DNA from: Octopus sinensis | Taxonomy: Eukaryota | Assembly: GCF_006345805.1 (NCBI RefSeq) | Contig: NC_042998.1 | Span: 35,092,001-35,156,000 of the forward strand | Length of the DNA: 64,000 nt | Direction of reading: 5' to 3' | Part shown: positions 12,276-24,498 of the stretch, in pieces | Layout: the number at the start of each line of letters is the position of its first letter | Numbering within the stretch: the first letter of the stretch is position 1 | Notes under the pieces: generated by a model | The model's database searches: none | What the model was told of the DNA's origin: nothing | What the model saw: the letters and a program-made list of their open reading frames with translations, nothing else | Made by a program: the position numbers and the translations under genes

Positions 12276-12700
12276 GTATGATGCGACCAAGTTATAGAGG
12301 CGAGACGATCGGATATCGTACTCGTCCATAAAGATGAAAAAGAAGTAAATATAAAAGATGCTGCAATAACAGGCGATTCGAGAGAGAAATATAAGGAAAC
12401 AGAAAAGATTGAGAAATACCCAGCCACTGCGGGACGAGATAGGAAATTTATGGGGCATAGGGAGAGTAATGGTGATACCAGTGGTAATTGGAGCATTAGG
12501 AGATATTAAGAATATTGAAGCTGCTGCCAGGCTTGAGGTGATCCAGAAGACAGCAATGTTGGGTACAGCTCGCATTCTAAGGAGAGTATTGTCTCTTTGA
12601 GTCACAGGAGAAAGCACCACTTGAAACCTTTGGTGATTTGTTATTGCCTGCTTTCAAGTAAAGAATAACCGGTAATTAAGAACTATCCGAGAGTCTTTCA
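12276..12700 (+). mobile_element. R4/Dong-clade LINE 3' fragment (REL endonuclease), degenerate
   Basis: Translates to CDQVIEARRSDIVLVHKDEKEVNIKDAAITGDSR...EKIEKY, then (frameshifted) VIPVVIGALG...IQKTAMLGTARILRRVLSL*; followed by (TAA)n. Confidence 0.85.
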
Positions 12701-12727
12701 TAATAATAATAATAATAATAATAATAA

Positions 12728-13240
12728 TTCACAGACCAAAAAAACTTGGTACGACCACAAACCTGAAGGCATTGTCGAAAACAGAAATGCAAAGATCCTA
12801 CGGGATTTTATGATTCAGTTCGACCATGAGATTGAGAATAGGAAGCCGGACATAGTTTTAATTGAGAATGAAAACAAACTATGCTGGATCATAGACATAG
12901 CATGCCCAGCTGACGACAAGGTATGCGATAAGGAAGAAAGAAAAGTCGAGAGATATGACAGGTTAGCTTGGGAAGTTAAGCAGTTGTGGTCGATGAAAAA
13001 GGTAGCAGTAGTGCCAATAATAGTCAGAGCCCTGGGAACAGTGAGCAAAAATCTCGAGAAGTACGTGGAACAAATAGGGGCTGCAATAAGGGTGGCGCAC
13101 TTGCAGAAAACAGCACTGCTTGGAACTGCTCGAATACTCCGGAAGGTGCTCGAAAAATAAGGTGTTACCTTAGTTCACTGGTAAGTGAACAGCTGACACA
13201 GTACTACATCTCCAGCGTTAGAAGCTGTGCAATGGCAACA
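12728..13240 (+). mobile_element. R4/Dong-clade LINE 3' fragment with open REL domain
   Basis: WYDHKPEGIVEN...RKPDIVLIE...IIDIACP...EERKVERYDRL...LLGTARILRKVLEK* (stop at 13160); (TAA)n upstream and AGC/AAC/AAT repeats downstream. Confidence 0.92.
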
Positions 13241-13350
13241 GCAGCAGCAACAACAACAACAACAATAATAATAATAATAATAAAATAATAATAATCATAC
13301 CTACATCCATACCCCTATGGATGATAAAAAAATCATCATCAGCATTATTA

Positions 13351-13399
<49 letters not shown>

Positions 13400-13402
<3 letters not shown>

Positions 13403-15520
13403 TAGTTTTATTTTTATAGCGTGCTTTCACTTCACTACCGAGCGCAGCTCTGTGTGCCTTGGGTATGTGCTGTGATTTGTTGTGATGCTCTGATGGTTAT
13501 TGTATGGAAAGTGTTCTGCGTAGGATGTGTGCAGTGTCTAGTAGTGCAATTTTCTGTATGTTATATGTGTTTGTAAGTCCTGGTGTTTTTGTTATGTATT
13601 TGTCTGAATATTTTTTTTTATCATGCCTAATGCACCTACTATGATAGGAATTGTTTCTGTTTTCAGATTCCACATCCTGGTTACCTCTATTTCCAGGTCT
13701 TTGTATTTTGAGAGTTTCTCCATTTCTTTTAGAGACACGTTGTCATCTGCCGGTATTGATACATCAATTAGAAAGCATTTTTTTCTTCATGATCTCTGAC
13801 AACTATATCTGGTCTGTTGGCCTTAATTTCTCTATCTGTGTGTATTGGCATATCCCAGAGTATGGTTGCTTTCTCGTTTTCTGTGACCTTTTCTGGTGTG
13901 TGCCTATACCATCTTTTTTCTGTTGTTATTCCATAATGTTGGCATAGCTTCCAATGTATGTAGGTTCCAACTCTGTCATGTCTGTGAATATATTCCTTCT
14001 TAGCCAGGACTGGGCAGCTAGAGATAATATGATTTATTGTTTCTTGTCCATCTCCACATATTCTGCAGTTACTTGTAATATTTCTTTTCATTACATGTTT
14101 TTGGTAATTTCTGGTGGGGAGGCTTTGGTCTTGTGCTGCAATTAAAAATCCCTCTGTTTCTGCTTTGAGTCCTGAGCTTCTCAACCATTGCTGGGATTTT
14201 TCTTTGTCTATTTCTTTTGCGTTTAGTTTAGTCCAGTATTTACCATGAAGGGGCTTTTCTTGCCATCGTTTTATCATGGTTCGTTGCTGTTCTATTTTTA
14301 GTTTGGATTTCATTTGTTTTATAGCTTTTGTTGTTTCTTCATCTTCTTCTTCTTCTTCTTCATGTTTATTAGGTGGTATGATTTCTTGTTTGTATTTGTC
14401 AGCTTCCTTAAATACTGAGAACAGTTTTTTGTTTTGCTCGTGTTTTGCCGCTATCTGGATCAGTTTTCCTTCCTTCTGAAGTAGATATTTTTGCAGTCCT
14501 ATGGTGGTTATTTTATAGTAGTTTTCCAGCTGTATAAGGCCTCTACCACCTTCTATACGTTGTATATATAGTCTTTCTATGTCAGATTTTGGGTGATGCA
14601 TCCTAGATCCTGTCATTATTTTTCTTGTTTTCCTATCTATTTTGGTCAGTTCATTTCGTGTCCAGTTAAGGATATTGTAGCTGTAACTTATAACTGGGAC
14701 AGCTAAAGTGTTGATACCTATTATCTTGTTTTTAGCATTGAGCTTGTGTTTAGTATTGATCTAACTCGTCTATAATATTCTTTTTTTATTTTCTCTTTCA
14801 TTTGTGTGTGTTGTGTCTTATCTAGTTCATGGATTCCTAAGTATTTGTAAGTTTGGCTTTGGTCTAATTCTTTTATTTCATTGGTTTTATCTAGTGTGAT
14901 GTTGTTACTCTTAACTAGTTTTCCTCTTTTCATGGTTACTTTGGCGCATTTTTCTAATCCAAATTTCATATCTATTTCTTTGGTAAATCCATGAACTGTC
15001 TTTAATAGTGTTTCCAGCTGTTTGTCATTTGCAGCGTATAGTTTTAGGTCATCCATATATAAAAGGTGGCTGATCGTTTTGCCGTAACATTTATATCCGC
15101 ATCCAGTTCTATTTAGCATATCAGATAGAGGTGACAGTGCCAAGCAGAAAAGGAGTGGAGAGAGCGTGTCTCCCTGGAATATTCCTCTTCTAATGGGGAT
15201 GTCTTTGGTTTTCATGAGTCCCTCTTTTGTTTGGAGGTGTAGGACTGTTTGCCATTTATTCATAGAGTGCTCTATGAATTTTATGATTGTTGGTGCTACT
15301 TTGTTAATGGCTAGGGTTTCGAGGATCCATGTGTGGGGGATGCTATCAAACGCCTTTCTGTAGTCAATCCAGGCCATACTGGGGCTTTTCTTCTTTCTGT
15401 GGCTGTCTTCAGTTATGGCTTTATTAATCATTAGTTGATCTTTACAGCCATATGAGCTTTTGCGGCATCCTTTCTGCTCTTCTGGGAGCAGTTTGTTTTC
15501 GTCCAGGTGCTTGTTCAGCC
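13400..15520 (-). mobile_element. 5'-truncated young R4/Dong LINE (RT + CCHC + REL), with frameshifts
   Basis: RT motifs AWIDYRKAFDSIPH, GIFQGDTLSPLLF, LLYMDDLKLY, YKYLG; zinc knuckle CRICGDGQETINHIISSC; RHD and NRPDIVV motifs; about 110-bp 3'UTR ending actactg(aat)n; (TTA)n on both flanks. Frame breaks near 14720 and 13770. Confidence 0.96.
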
Positions 15521-15561
<41 letters not shown>

Positions 15562-15562
<1 letters not shown>

Positions 15563-15950
15563 GTCGGGAGATCTGTAAGAAGTAAAATTTTCCTTCTTCC
15601 GAAAGGTTTGAGCAAAAGGTGGAGAAGGTCCTGCAAAGATCCTGTGGGATTGTAAATTGCAGTGAGATAAGATCATGGAACCCTCTCACCCCGACATCGT
15701 TAACTTCCACAAGACATCTCCTGAATGCAAAAGGGTGGATACAGCATGCTCCTTAACGAGGTTGGGCAGCAATGGGAATGTAAAAACGTAAAGATAATAC
15801 CACTTGTCATCGGCAAATCTGTTATGCAAAAATCCTGTTAACCAGGGACAGCAAAATCTTAAGAAAAGTGGGGGATACCTAAGGTCGTGGGATGTGCCTT
15901 CCTATTCAGCAGGTTGAACCGATACAACAACTGAGAACGAGAGATAAAAA
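15562..15950 (+). mobile_element. Older R4/Dong-clade 3' fragment
   Basis: AKILWDCKLQ*DKIMEPSHPDIV...VDTAC / EVGQQWECKNVKIIPLVIG / GTAKILRKVGDT*. Confidence 0.8.
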
Positions 15951-18340
15951 CAAATAAGTGTTTTTTTAACAATCAATCAATATCTTTTTAACTATTATTA
16001 TGGCTGACGATGATGTTATCTATATTTGCACGAAACCAAATTTTATAGAAGAGGAATTTATTCCCATTAAATTGATTTCTAACAACAACAAAGATGTATT
16101 TCCGAAAAAAATTACTCATAAGTTGCAGTCTTTGTTCTGTAAAACACAAAATCTTTGGAGCATTTATGATGCAGAAATGTAATCTATTGAATCAAGTCCA
16201 AGATTATCGCTGGTGCATATTTCATCGATACCCGATGGAAAATAACGCCGAGGTGTCCCCCAGCAGGTATTGAAGTTATAGAATCAAATTTTAATCCAAA
16301 CTTTAACCGATCCCGAGCCAAGCAACAGCGCAGGTGTGGAAATGTATCTTTTAAAAACAATAATAATCGATGAATTATTTTATAAAAATATCACAAATAC
16401 CAAAACCAAAATTAACGAAAAACAGGAGAGTTATTTTATAAAAATCACAGCAAGTAAAACTAATCCTTATTTTGTGACTTACGACTGATTGCAGCACATA
16501 AAAATGTATGAAGTAACACTCAACAAGTGTGTAAACGAGAAAGTAAGCTTTAGAAGCAAGTAAATGATATAAAGTTAAACATTTGAACACATTCAAAATG
16601 AAATGAGATCAGTAGGTACAATTGTTATCTATTTTATTACAAGTGATTATTACGCAGAAAATGTATCGTTTAGATGAAGATTAGTGCATAAGTAAACAAG
16701 ATTTAATGATTGTATTTGTCTAACAAAGTGATTTCATCTGAGATTGACTACTGAAATTAGAGCAATTATATCATGGGGGAGCTATTTTAAACATCAAAAA
16801 TTACGCAAATGCTGTTAAATTAACTTTCCGTTTATTTTTTACTTAAATTTACTTTCTGTTTATTCTTTGAGGTGACAAACTTTTCGTCGCCAAACTACAG
16901 CTTGGTCACTAAAAAAATTCCACAGTTTAAAATGCAGCAAATTGCAAGTTCTTTACAGGCCTCATTTTCTCCTTAGTAAATATTTTATGTGAAATGCAAT
17001 GCTTTATAAATGAACTGTTTGCAATGTTATCCGTTAGAGGCAAAAAAAATGCTGGTGCATTTATGTTAACGCCCAAAATAGAATAAAACAACGTTGGGTC
17101 AACGAAGACGATAGCGAAAATCTACATTATTGTTACATATCAACATTGTATTCAATATACATAGGCAATATTAAAGGGACTGATGAGTTACAGGGAATTC
17201 AAATATATAAACGCATGCGCTTGAGACGTACGGAGATTGGTAATACACAATAACAATAAAGCAAAAATCGGAAGAGAATAACAGTGAGAAGCACTGAAAA
17301 TAAAGCAAGAACCGGTTGCACATTAAAAGATAAATGTAAACTAATGGCCGCCGCGTAAGTTTACACAAAAGAAAAAAAAACAAATTAAACAATCACTCAA
17401 TAATTGAGCCCTAAACGAATGAAGATAGTACAGAATTCATAAGACAAGGAAGAAAACAATGCATTACGGCCAATCATATCGGATAGAAAATTGAACGGAT
17501 TCAAATCCAAAACGAGGATAAAGATCATTGAAGTTAGCATTGAATCTCTCAAATAAATACACAATCGCAAGATGCTTCAATAAAAGTGAAACAATAAAGA
17601 CAGACATCATATCATATCAACTAGATTAACGGCGTGGAAGAGCTGAAAGAAACAAGAAAGAAGATACATGAGAACACAACAAAATCGATGAACATGGATC
17701 GAGCAAGCAGTTTTGCAAATGAATAACTAGGACAGACCCAAGCATGAAAATATGTCCTTAGAAAATTAATTATGCTATTTTCAACGAATTCAGTGCGATA
17801 ATCTTTGCACTAATAGTGGTATCATCGAAGGATGCCAAACTTAATAGAGTCAACCACACTAGCTAAAAAGTATGCAAAGAAAATATACGATATAAAATGA
17901 ATAAAAAGGATGTTCTTTGTCTAATAAATGAAATTCTAAGAAGAAAGGATCTAACATAGAAAAGAAAAGAAGCCAACTGATAAGAAAGAAACTTAATATG
18001 AATGAAAGAAACAAGAAACAAAAAAAAATCATTGCAAAATCAATTTTGCAAATGCATTGGTATTAAGTATAGTGCTCTATAAAAACCTTGAGCCCTTCTC
18101 CCAAAGAACATGCATGTTATTCAAATGCCAAACAATTTTACAAAATTATGAATTACGAAAATATATGATAATTGCACGACATTATAAGCATTAACGGAAA
18201 CTCAAGCATACGAGGAGAAAATAATGACGAAAATCGTTTTATCAAAATAAAATAATGGATTAAAAGATTAGGAAAAAAATTCAATAGCATTTCAAGTATG
18301 TGCTGGTCTGAAACTATGTGACAGCAGCAAGATTCACTAA

Positions 18341-18592
<252 letters not shown>

Positions 18593-19200
18593 ACAAGGAT
18601 AGAGGTTCACAATTAAAACTAGTTTCACTTGTGCCTCTGAGAACCTAATTTATGTAATAACCTGCTCGGATTGCGGACACAACTATATTGGACAGACGAG
18701 TATGACCTTGAGAAAGAGGACCACTCTACATAAAGATCAAATCCGTTTGCCGCAATACAGGCAAACTCATCTCAGTAAACATATAGAAAAATATGCAGAT
18801 AGCATCAAACCAAATTTGAAAGCCTTCCCCTTCTACCAGTGCCAAGACTCAATCTCTCCACAAGATCGTTTAAATAAAGAAACTTTTTTCATTGAAATAG
18901 ACAGACCATGTCTTAATATGCACGCATAACCAACTTTTATCTTTTTACATATTGTAATTCACGATTACATCACTGTACATAAATCCCCTCACTAAAGTTT
19001 TTCGATACCTTTTTTTCTTTGGTCTGTACATATATATTCCCCTCCTCTTACCGAAAGCTGAACAGTTATCTCCCTTGCCCACAACAATAACAATAATAAC
19101 GATAACCTTTTACGTCTCCTTATTTTTCTACTTGTGAAGTCATTCACTCGTAAATATCATCACAGACAACATGGACAAAATTTCTTCTTAAGAAAATACA
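18593..19200 (+). mobile_element. Penelope-like element 3' part, GIY-YIG endonuclease
   Basis: From about 18603: [47 protein letters not shown]...HLSKHI...RLNKETFFIEIDRPCLN (stop at 18929). LIY...YIGQT with CxxC and the distal E match the PLE GIY-YIG domain. Confidence 0.92.
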
Positions 19201-19344
19201 TATTCAAATAAGTAAACCATAATATCATGAATAGCGATAGCGAAACCGGCTGATATATTAAAAATTATGTTAAAACTATGTAAAGTGTGCGTATTTTCCT
19301 TTTTTAATTTTCTTAATTTCGTATATATACATACATACACACAT

Positions 19345-19401
<57 letters not shown>

Positions 19402-20473
19402 ACTATGTATATATATATATATATACACAGACACACTACTCGTTCATTGAGACCAGCATTTAATAGCAACAATAGGTCTTGGGAAAACTCGGAAGCTCGT
19501 AAATGGACTCTATTTAGTGTAACAGTTAGGGAACAGAAAACAATACAGCACAAAATAAGTGTATTGAAGATAAGCGTTTAAATAAATAAAACACCATGTA
19601 AGATTACAATCTAAATAGTGAATTCTAAAGTCTTCTGAAGTAGAAGTTGAGAGAAAAACATTGCTTTAGCCCATACCCACAAGATTCAATCGAGAAAAAG
19701 TCAGCAGAAGTGAAAGCAAACAACGGCTCAAAGTATCTGTTCTAAAAATGAAACAGATCAGATTTTTGCTGCACAGCAACAATGACTAACAACGCAGAAT
19801 TGCAAAAACCAAACTAGAAAAGTTGCTACATAGTTGGCAGAAAATACAACTAGTTCAATGAGAATTTAACCACAACTGCTCTGGTTGCCCATACGTATCG
19901 AGTTCGAGTATATCCCCAAATACTTTCGAGTCTGTAGCCATGTCTACGCCTACATTTAAAACAGGATACGACGTGGTATAAGCTCGCACGTTATCGATTC
20001 TGCTTTAATCGCCTTTCGCGGTTGAGCCATCATCTGCTGTTGACGATTGCTCCCCTTATAGGCTGCTTAACTAATTTGCTCATCCTCTTTCTGTAAGATT
20101 GCCGCCCCAAGAAAGAGCCGTTCAGCTTCAAGTAGCCGGGTCCCTATCTATGAAGTCTATTTATGTCAACCGCACAAGTTATAAATTTGTGGTCTATGTA
20201 GCCTGCCACTTTAAATTCTGGACAATATATTCTAGCCCTAACTACTATCTAAATGCGATCTGGATGATCCTGCAGAAAATTTTTCCCTGCTTTCCGATAT
20301 CGTTTTCAGTAGTTATATGTTACTTGGGTTTCTCTGTCCCAAAAGTCTCCATTCTGGTGTTTTGTTATTTGCGAAAGAATTAGCTCACAAGGCGAGTTTT
20401 CGCTATGAAATAAATTAGTGGCAGAAGAGGTATGTCAGGGCAACTGAATATAATCATATTTGTAGTGTGGTAG

Positions 20474-20878
20474 TTACTGCCAATGTAAGTAGTAATTACG
20501 AAAGGCGAGATCGTTGCTGAAGATGAGTGTGTGTTTCTGTGTGTTATTCCCGCCGTCGCACCGCATCAACACGTCCTCTTCGGGCAGATGGGATTGGCCC
20601 AGCCGTTCCCAGCGCGACAGTGCATGTGACCGGTTTATCGCGAATTGTCGACCTGAAAGACTCGTTACTCTAGATTGGGTTTCATTGGGTTGTAGTGTTG
20701 GCGATACTTTTACTCCCGTGATGTTTTCTTGTTGGGGAGTGTCTTTCTCTTGTTGTTGTTGTTGTTTTTTGGTAGCACTGTGGTTGTTTTTGGTGCTGCC
20801 ACTCTTGTTACTGGTGCTGTTGTTGACTACAATGATGCTTCTGCTTCTAATGCTGCTGTTGGAGTGAATGTGTCGGCA
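20474..20878 (-). CDS. Candidate host exon: 134-codon stop-free frame, Asn/Ser/Gln-rich
   Basis: No stop from 20878 to 20477; CpG-rich; weak AG acceptor at 20879-20880; possible GTAACT donor or TAA stop; no domain recognised. Confidence 0.3.
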   Translation of the reverse strand, partial: CRHIHSNSSIRSRSIIVVNNSTSNKSGSTKNNHSATKKQQQQQEKDTPQQENITGVKVSPTLQPNETQSRVTSLSGRQFAINRSHALSRWERLGQSHLPEEDVLMRCDGGNNTQKHTLIFSNDLAFRNYYLHWQ

Positions 20879-21204
20879 CTAAAGATCCTTTCTTTTTTAT
20901 TTATTTATTTATTTATTTATTTTTTTGTAGTGGGCAGAAAGCTCTTAGGTAGCTTGCATCCCCATAAATATATATCTCATTTTCTGCCCTCAGCAGCGAC
21001 GACAGCTTCCAGGGATGGGTTTTATGTTTTCATGATCTACTTAGATTAATAGTTCCATTCCTATATCTGTCCAAATTTCCTTTCTTAGACTGAACTTGCA
21101 GAATTCTTGTTTTGCTTTGCCTTATATTACGGCCGCCACAAACAAGAAGGTATCTACTTCAGATTGTACTTCAACGCTTTTATTTTTGCTACACTCCGAC
21201 AACA

Positions 21205-21600
21205 ATTGTTGGTGTGGCTGTGTTACTTCCCATCCCCATGGTTCTGGGTTCAGTCACACTGCGTGGCACCTTGTCTTCTACTGTAGCCTCCGGCCGATCA
21301 AAACCTTGTAAGCGAATTTGGTTGAGAGAAACTGAAAGAAACTCGTCAAATATGTATGTATATGTTTGTGTGTGTGCGTGTGTGTCTTTGTATGAGTATC
21401 CCTGACCACCCCCACTTGACAATCCGTGTAGATGTGTTTATGTCCTCATAAGTTAGAGTTTGGTATAAGAAACTGATAGAATAAATACCAGGCTTAAAAA
21501 GCTACACTGGGGTCGATTCATTCGACTAAGAATTCTTCAAAGTGGTGCCCCAGCATGGCCGTAGTCAAATAATTGAAACGAGTAACAGAATAAAAGAAAA
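21205..21600 (+). mobile_element. SINE family B, diverged
   Basis: gtggctgtgttac...ggttcagtcacactgcgtggcacc...ccccagcatggccgtagtcaaat. Confidence 0.85.
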
Positions 21601-21659
21601 AATGAATGGTATGTTAGAATCAGGAATAAGTCACCAATCACTTTTCAGGCTCGACTTAC

Positions 21660-21692
21660 GTCGCTCGCACCAGTCGCTTCGTTGGGTTCCAT
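21660..21692 (-). CDS. Candidate initial coding exon MEPNEATGASD
   Basis: caag-ATG-G context, 11 codons, then the canonical donor GTAAGT (21654-21659); CpG-rich unique sequence. Confidence 0.35.
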
Positions 21693-22299
21693 CTTGAATT
21701 TATTCCTTTCTTTGTTCTGCCATTTTTAATGAGATGACTTACTGCATCTCGTTTTTTTTTTGTTGTTTTTTTTTTCAGATAAACAAAACTAATTCTGGTT
21801 TTCTGCATACATTTGCGAATCCATTTCCACTTTGCAAGCTTTACTGTTTATCATTTTATTGTCCTTGTGGTGGTGGCGATGGTGGTGGTGGTGGAAAGCG
21901 AATATGTTTCAATGTTCTTGCTAGTACTTGTAGCAGTGTGGGATGTGATGGATGTGATGAGCGTTGCTTTCGCGTTCCTTTTTCATTTGTATTGTTTTTG
22001 CCATTTTTGTTATTGCTGTTGTCATTGTTACTGTTATTCAAACATTCTCTTGTTAATGGCTCTCTCAACATTTCCTCCCTCGGTTTCAGATGTCATTTTT
22101 ACTTTCGCTTCTCAAATTATCAAAAATTGTCACGATGTGACGAAAACTTCGTGAAGACAACTAATCTCAATAGATACAAGTTGGCTCAATACCAAAATGC
22201 TACAACAAGAACAAAAGAATTACTCTATACAAAATTACAAAATTCGAAAACAAACATACGAGCGCCGAATCGGCGTCTGTCACTTGCAAACACAATACA

Positions 22300-22480
22300 A
22301 ATAGTCCTTTCTACTAGAGGCACAAGGCCTGAATTTGTGTGGAGTGGGATAGTCGATCACATCGACCCCCAATGCTTGACTGATACTTAATTTATTGACC
22401 CGAAAAGGATAAAAAAACAAAGTCGACCTCGGCGTAATTTGAACCCAGAGCGTAAAGACGGACGAAATGCTACTAAATGG
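22300..22480 (-). mobile_element. SINE family A variant (alternative tail)
   Basis: agtcgatcacatcgacccc...aaagtcgacctcggcgtaatttgaaccc. Confidence 0.8.
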
Positions 22481-22718
22481 CGTCGGTTCGTTCGGCTAAA
22501 ATTCTTCAATCATTGCTTTCTAATGACTGAAACAAGGAAAATATAAAAGACTCCGTTGCTTTGGCAATGCCTCAATACCTCTTCTTTTCTACATATTTCA
22601 ATGCGTTTTTTTTTTTGCAGTTAGTATCCATGCATTTCGAAGCGTCTTATTCTGCATTATGTTGTTAAGATTTGCTTAAATCTTTTTTTTTTAGTTTGGG
22701 GGAGTATTTTTATATACC

Positions 22719-22749
<31 letters not shown>

Positions 22750-22773
22750 GAGAGAGAGAGAGAGAGAGAGAGA

Positions 22774-23033
22774 GCAGCGGACTCGCGGTTTCGAATCTCA
22801 GACAGGATGATGTGTGTGTTTATGAATGAAACGCCTAAGCTCTATGCGGCTCTGGCAGAAGATAATGACGAACTTTTGCTGACTTTTTCGCCACAACTTT
22901 CTCTCACTCTTTCCTCCTGCATCTTGCAGCTCACCTGCGACGGACCGGCGTCCCGTCCAGGTGTGGAACCTATACGCCAAGGAAACCGGGAAACCTGCCT
23001 TTATGAGCCGGGCGTGGCTCGAGAAGGAACAAA
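22774..23033 (+). mobile_element. SINE family E with V-domain-like block and RTE-like tail
   Basis: Partial tRNA-like head gcagcggactcgcgg; cacctgcgacggaccggcgtcccgtccagg resembles the V-SINE domain (from memory); 3' gaaaccggg...ggctcgagaaggaac. Confidence 0.7.
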
Positions 23034-23104
23034 TGATGTGTGTGTGTGTGTATGTCTGTGTATGTCTGTGTGTCTGTGTGTGTGTGAAAGAGAGAGAGAG
23101 TATA

Positions 23105-23354
23105 CAGGTGTTGAAAAAGTTGATCTACAGTGAGTATCGCATGAATGTTGTAATACTTAATTCATTAAAGTTATCAGTACATTAAATTAACCTCATTTTT
23201 TAAATATTTTCAGAATCGTTAATCATAATACTTTTATCATAACTATAATATTCTTTTATCATGACTTTTATTTATATCGTTTTTATAAAAGTAAATGTAT
23301 ATTGTACGTGTTTTCTTTTTATCGTAACTGTATACCTACTTCTGCAACACCCTG
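23105..23354. mobile_element. Tc1/mariner-type MITE (250 bp)
   Basis: TA-caggtgttgaaaaagt ... acttctgcaacaccctg-TA: imperfect TIRs, TA flanks, AT-rich interior. Confidence 0.75.
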
Positions 23355-23934
23355 TATATATTCGATATCACTATTTCTCCATTTTCCAAGACGAAACAGG
23401 CGTCTTCGTTTTTCCTTGAATTTTTTTTTAATACATGTTCCTTGTTAGTTATTTATATCTGTTGAATAGGTCTAATTCTGTTCGGTTTGTTCATAAATGA
23501 GAAGACGAAATGATACTATTGTTCTGGGTCAATGTTTCTATGGAGACATCTATGATCCTGATCATCATTTTAGAACTCAATTCGCCTTTATTTTCATTTT
23601 GTTTTACTTTGTTCTACAGCCTTGCTGATTTCCTTGTCCGGCAGGTTTTTTTCTATTGTCACATCTTTTCATTTTAGATTTCATTTATTGTTTTTGTCCC
23701 CGCTACAACTCTGAATTTTTCTTTCTTTCGCGGATTTTTATGTCCTTCGTGTATGATAGATTCTATTGTGATGCTTTCATTGGATTTTAAAAGCATATTC
23801 TTTGGGGTGTGGTCTGCTTTTTTGCTTTATTTTATGTGTGAATATCTCTCTATTTGATATTTTATTTCCTTTCCGGCATCTTTTTCATTCTTTACCAGGA
23901 ATCTGCATAGGTTTGTTATTAGGTTTCATTATTT

Positions 23935-24150
23935 TTTTGTTTATTTTACTTGTTTCATTCATTCGGATGTGGCCATGCTGGAGCATCGCCTGGAGAAAGA
24001 ATCCGTAGTCGAACGAATGCAGTCCATTGCACTCTTTTTTGAGCTTGGCACATTTTGTATCGCTCCGTTTTGCCTAACCGCGAAATTATGGGGATGTCAA
24101 CACACCAACATTGGTTGGCAAGTGGTGGCGGAGCACAAACATACACACAT
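23935..24150 (-). mobile_element. SINE family B 3' half
   Basis: tggccatgctggagc...cacaccaacattggttggcaag. Confidence 0.8.
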
Positions 24151-24157
24151 ATGTATG

Positions 24158-24212
<55 letters not shown>

Positions 24213-24282
24213 ATGTATATAAACACACACACACTCACACACACACATACATACATATATATATATATAATATATATATAAG

Positions 24283-24440
24283 AGCAGTCGTGGCTGTGTG
24301 GTAAGAAGCTTGCTTACCAACAAGGTTCCGAGTTCAGCCCCACTACACTGCACCTTGGGAAAGTGTCTTCTGTAACCTCGGGTGGACCAAGAACCTTCTG
24401 AGTGGATTTGGTAGACAGAAGTCGAAAAAAAACCGTCGTC
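24283..24440 (+). mobile_element. SINE family B 5' half
   Basis: gtggctgtgtggtaagaagcttgc...gagtggatttggtagacag. Confidence 0.85.
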
Positions 24441-24455
24441 TGGGGTGCGGTAAAG

Positions 24456-24498
<43 letters not shown>

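Noticed and set aside
16000-16360. Short ORF MADDDVIYICTKPNF... and adjacent open stretches
   Set aside because: Only 60 codons, no recognisable motif, and neighbouring frames do not join.
17400-18330. A-rich stretches that look like decayed LINE coding sequence (also 1236-1450, 9950-10130, 23400-23930, 32560-32850, 47580-47700)
   Set aside because: Only scattered motif-like words are present, not enough to assign a family or boundaries without alignment.
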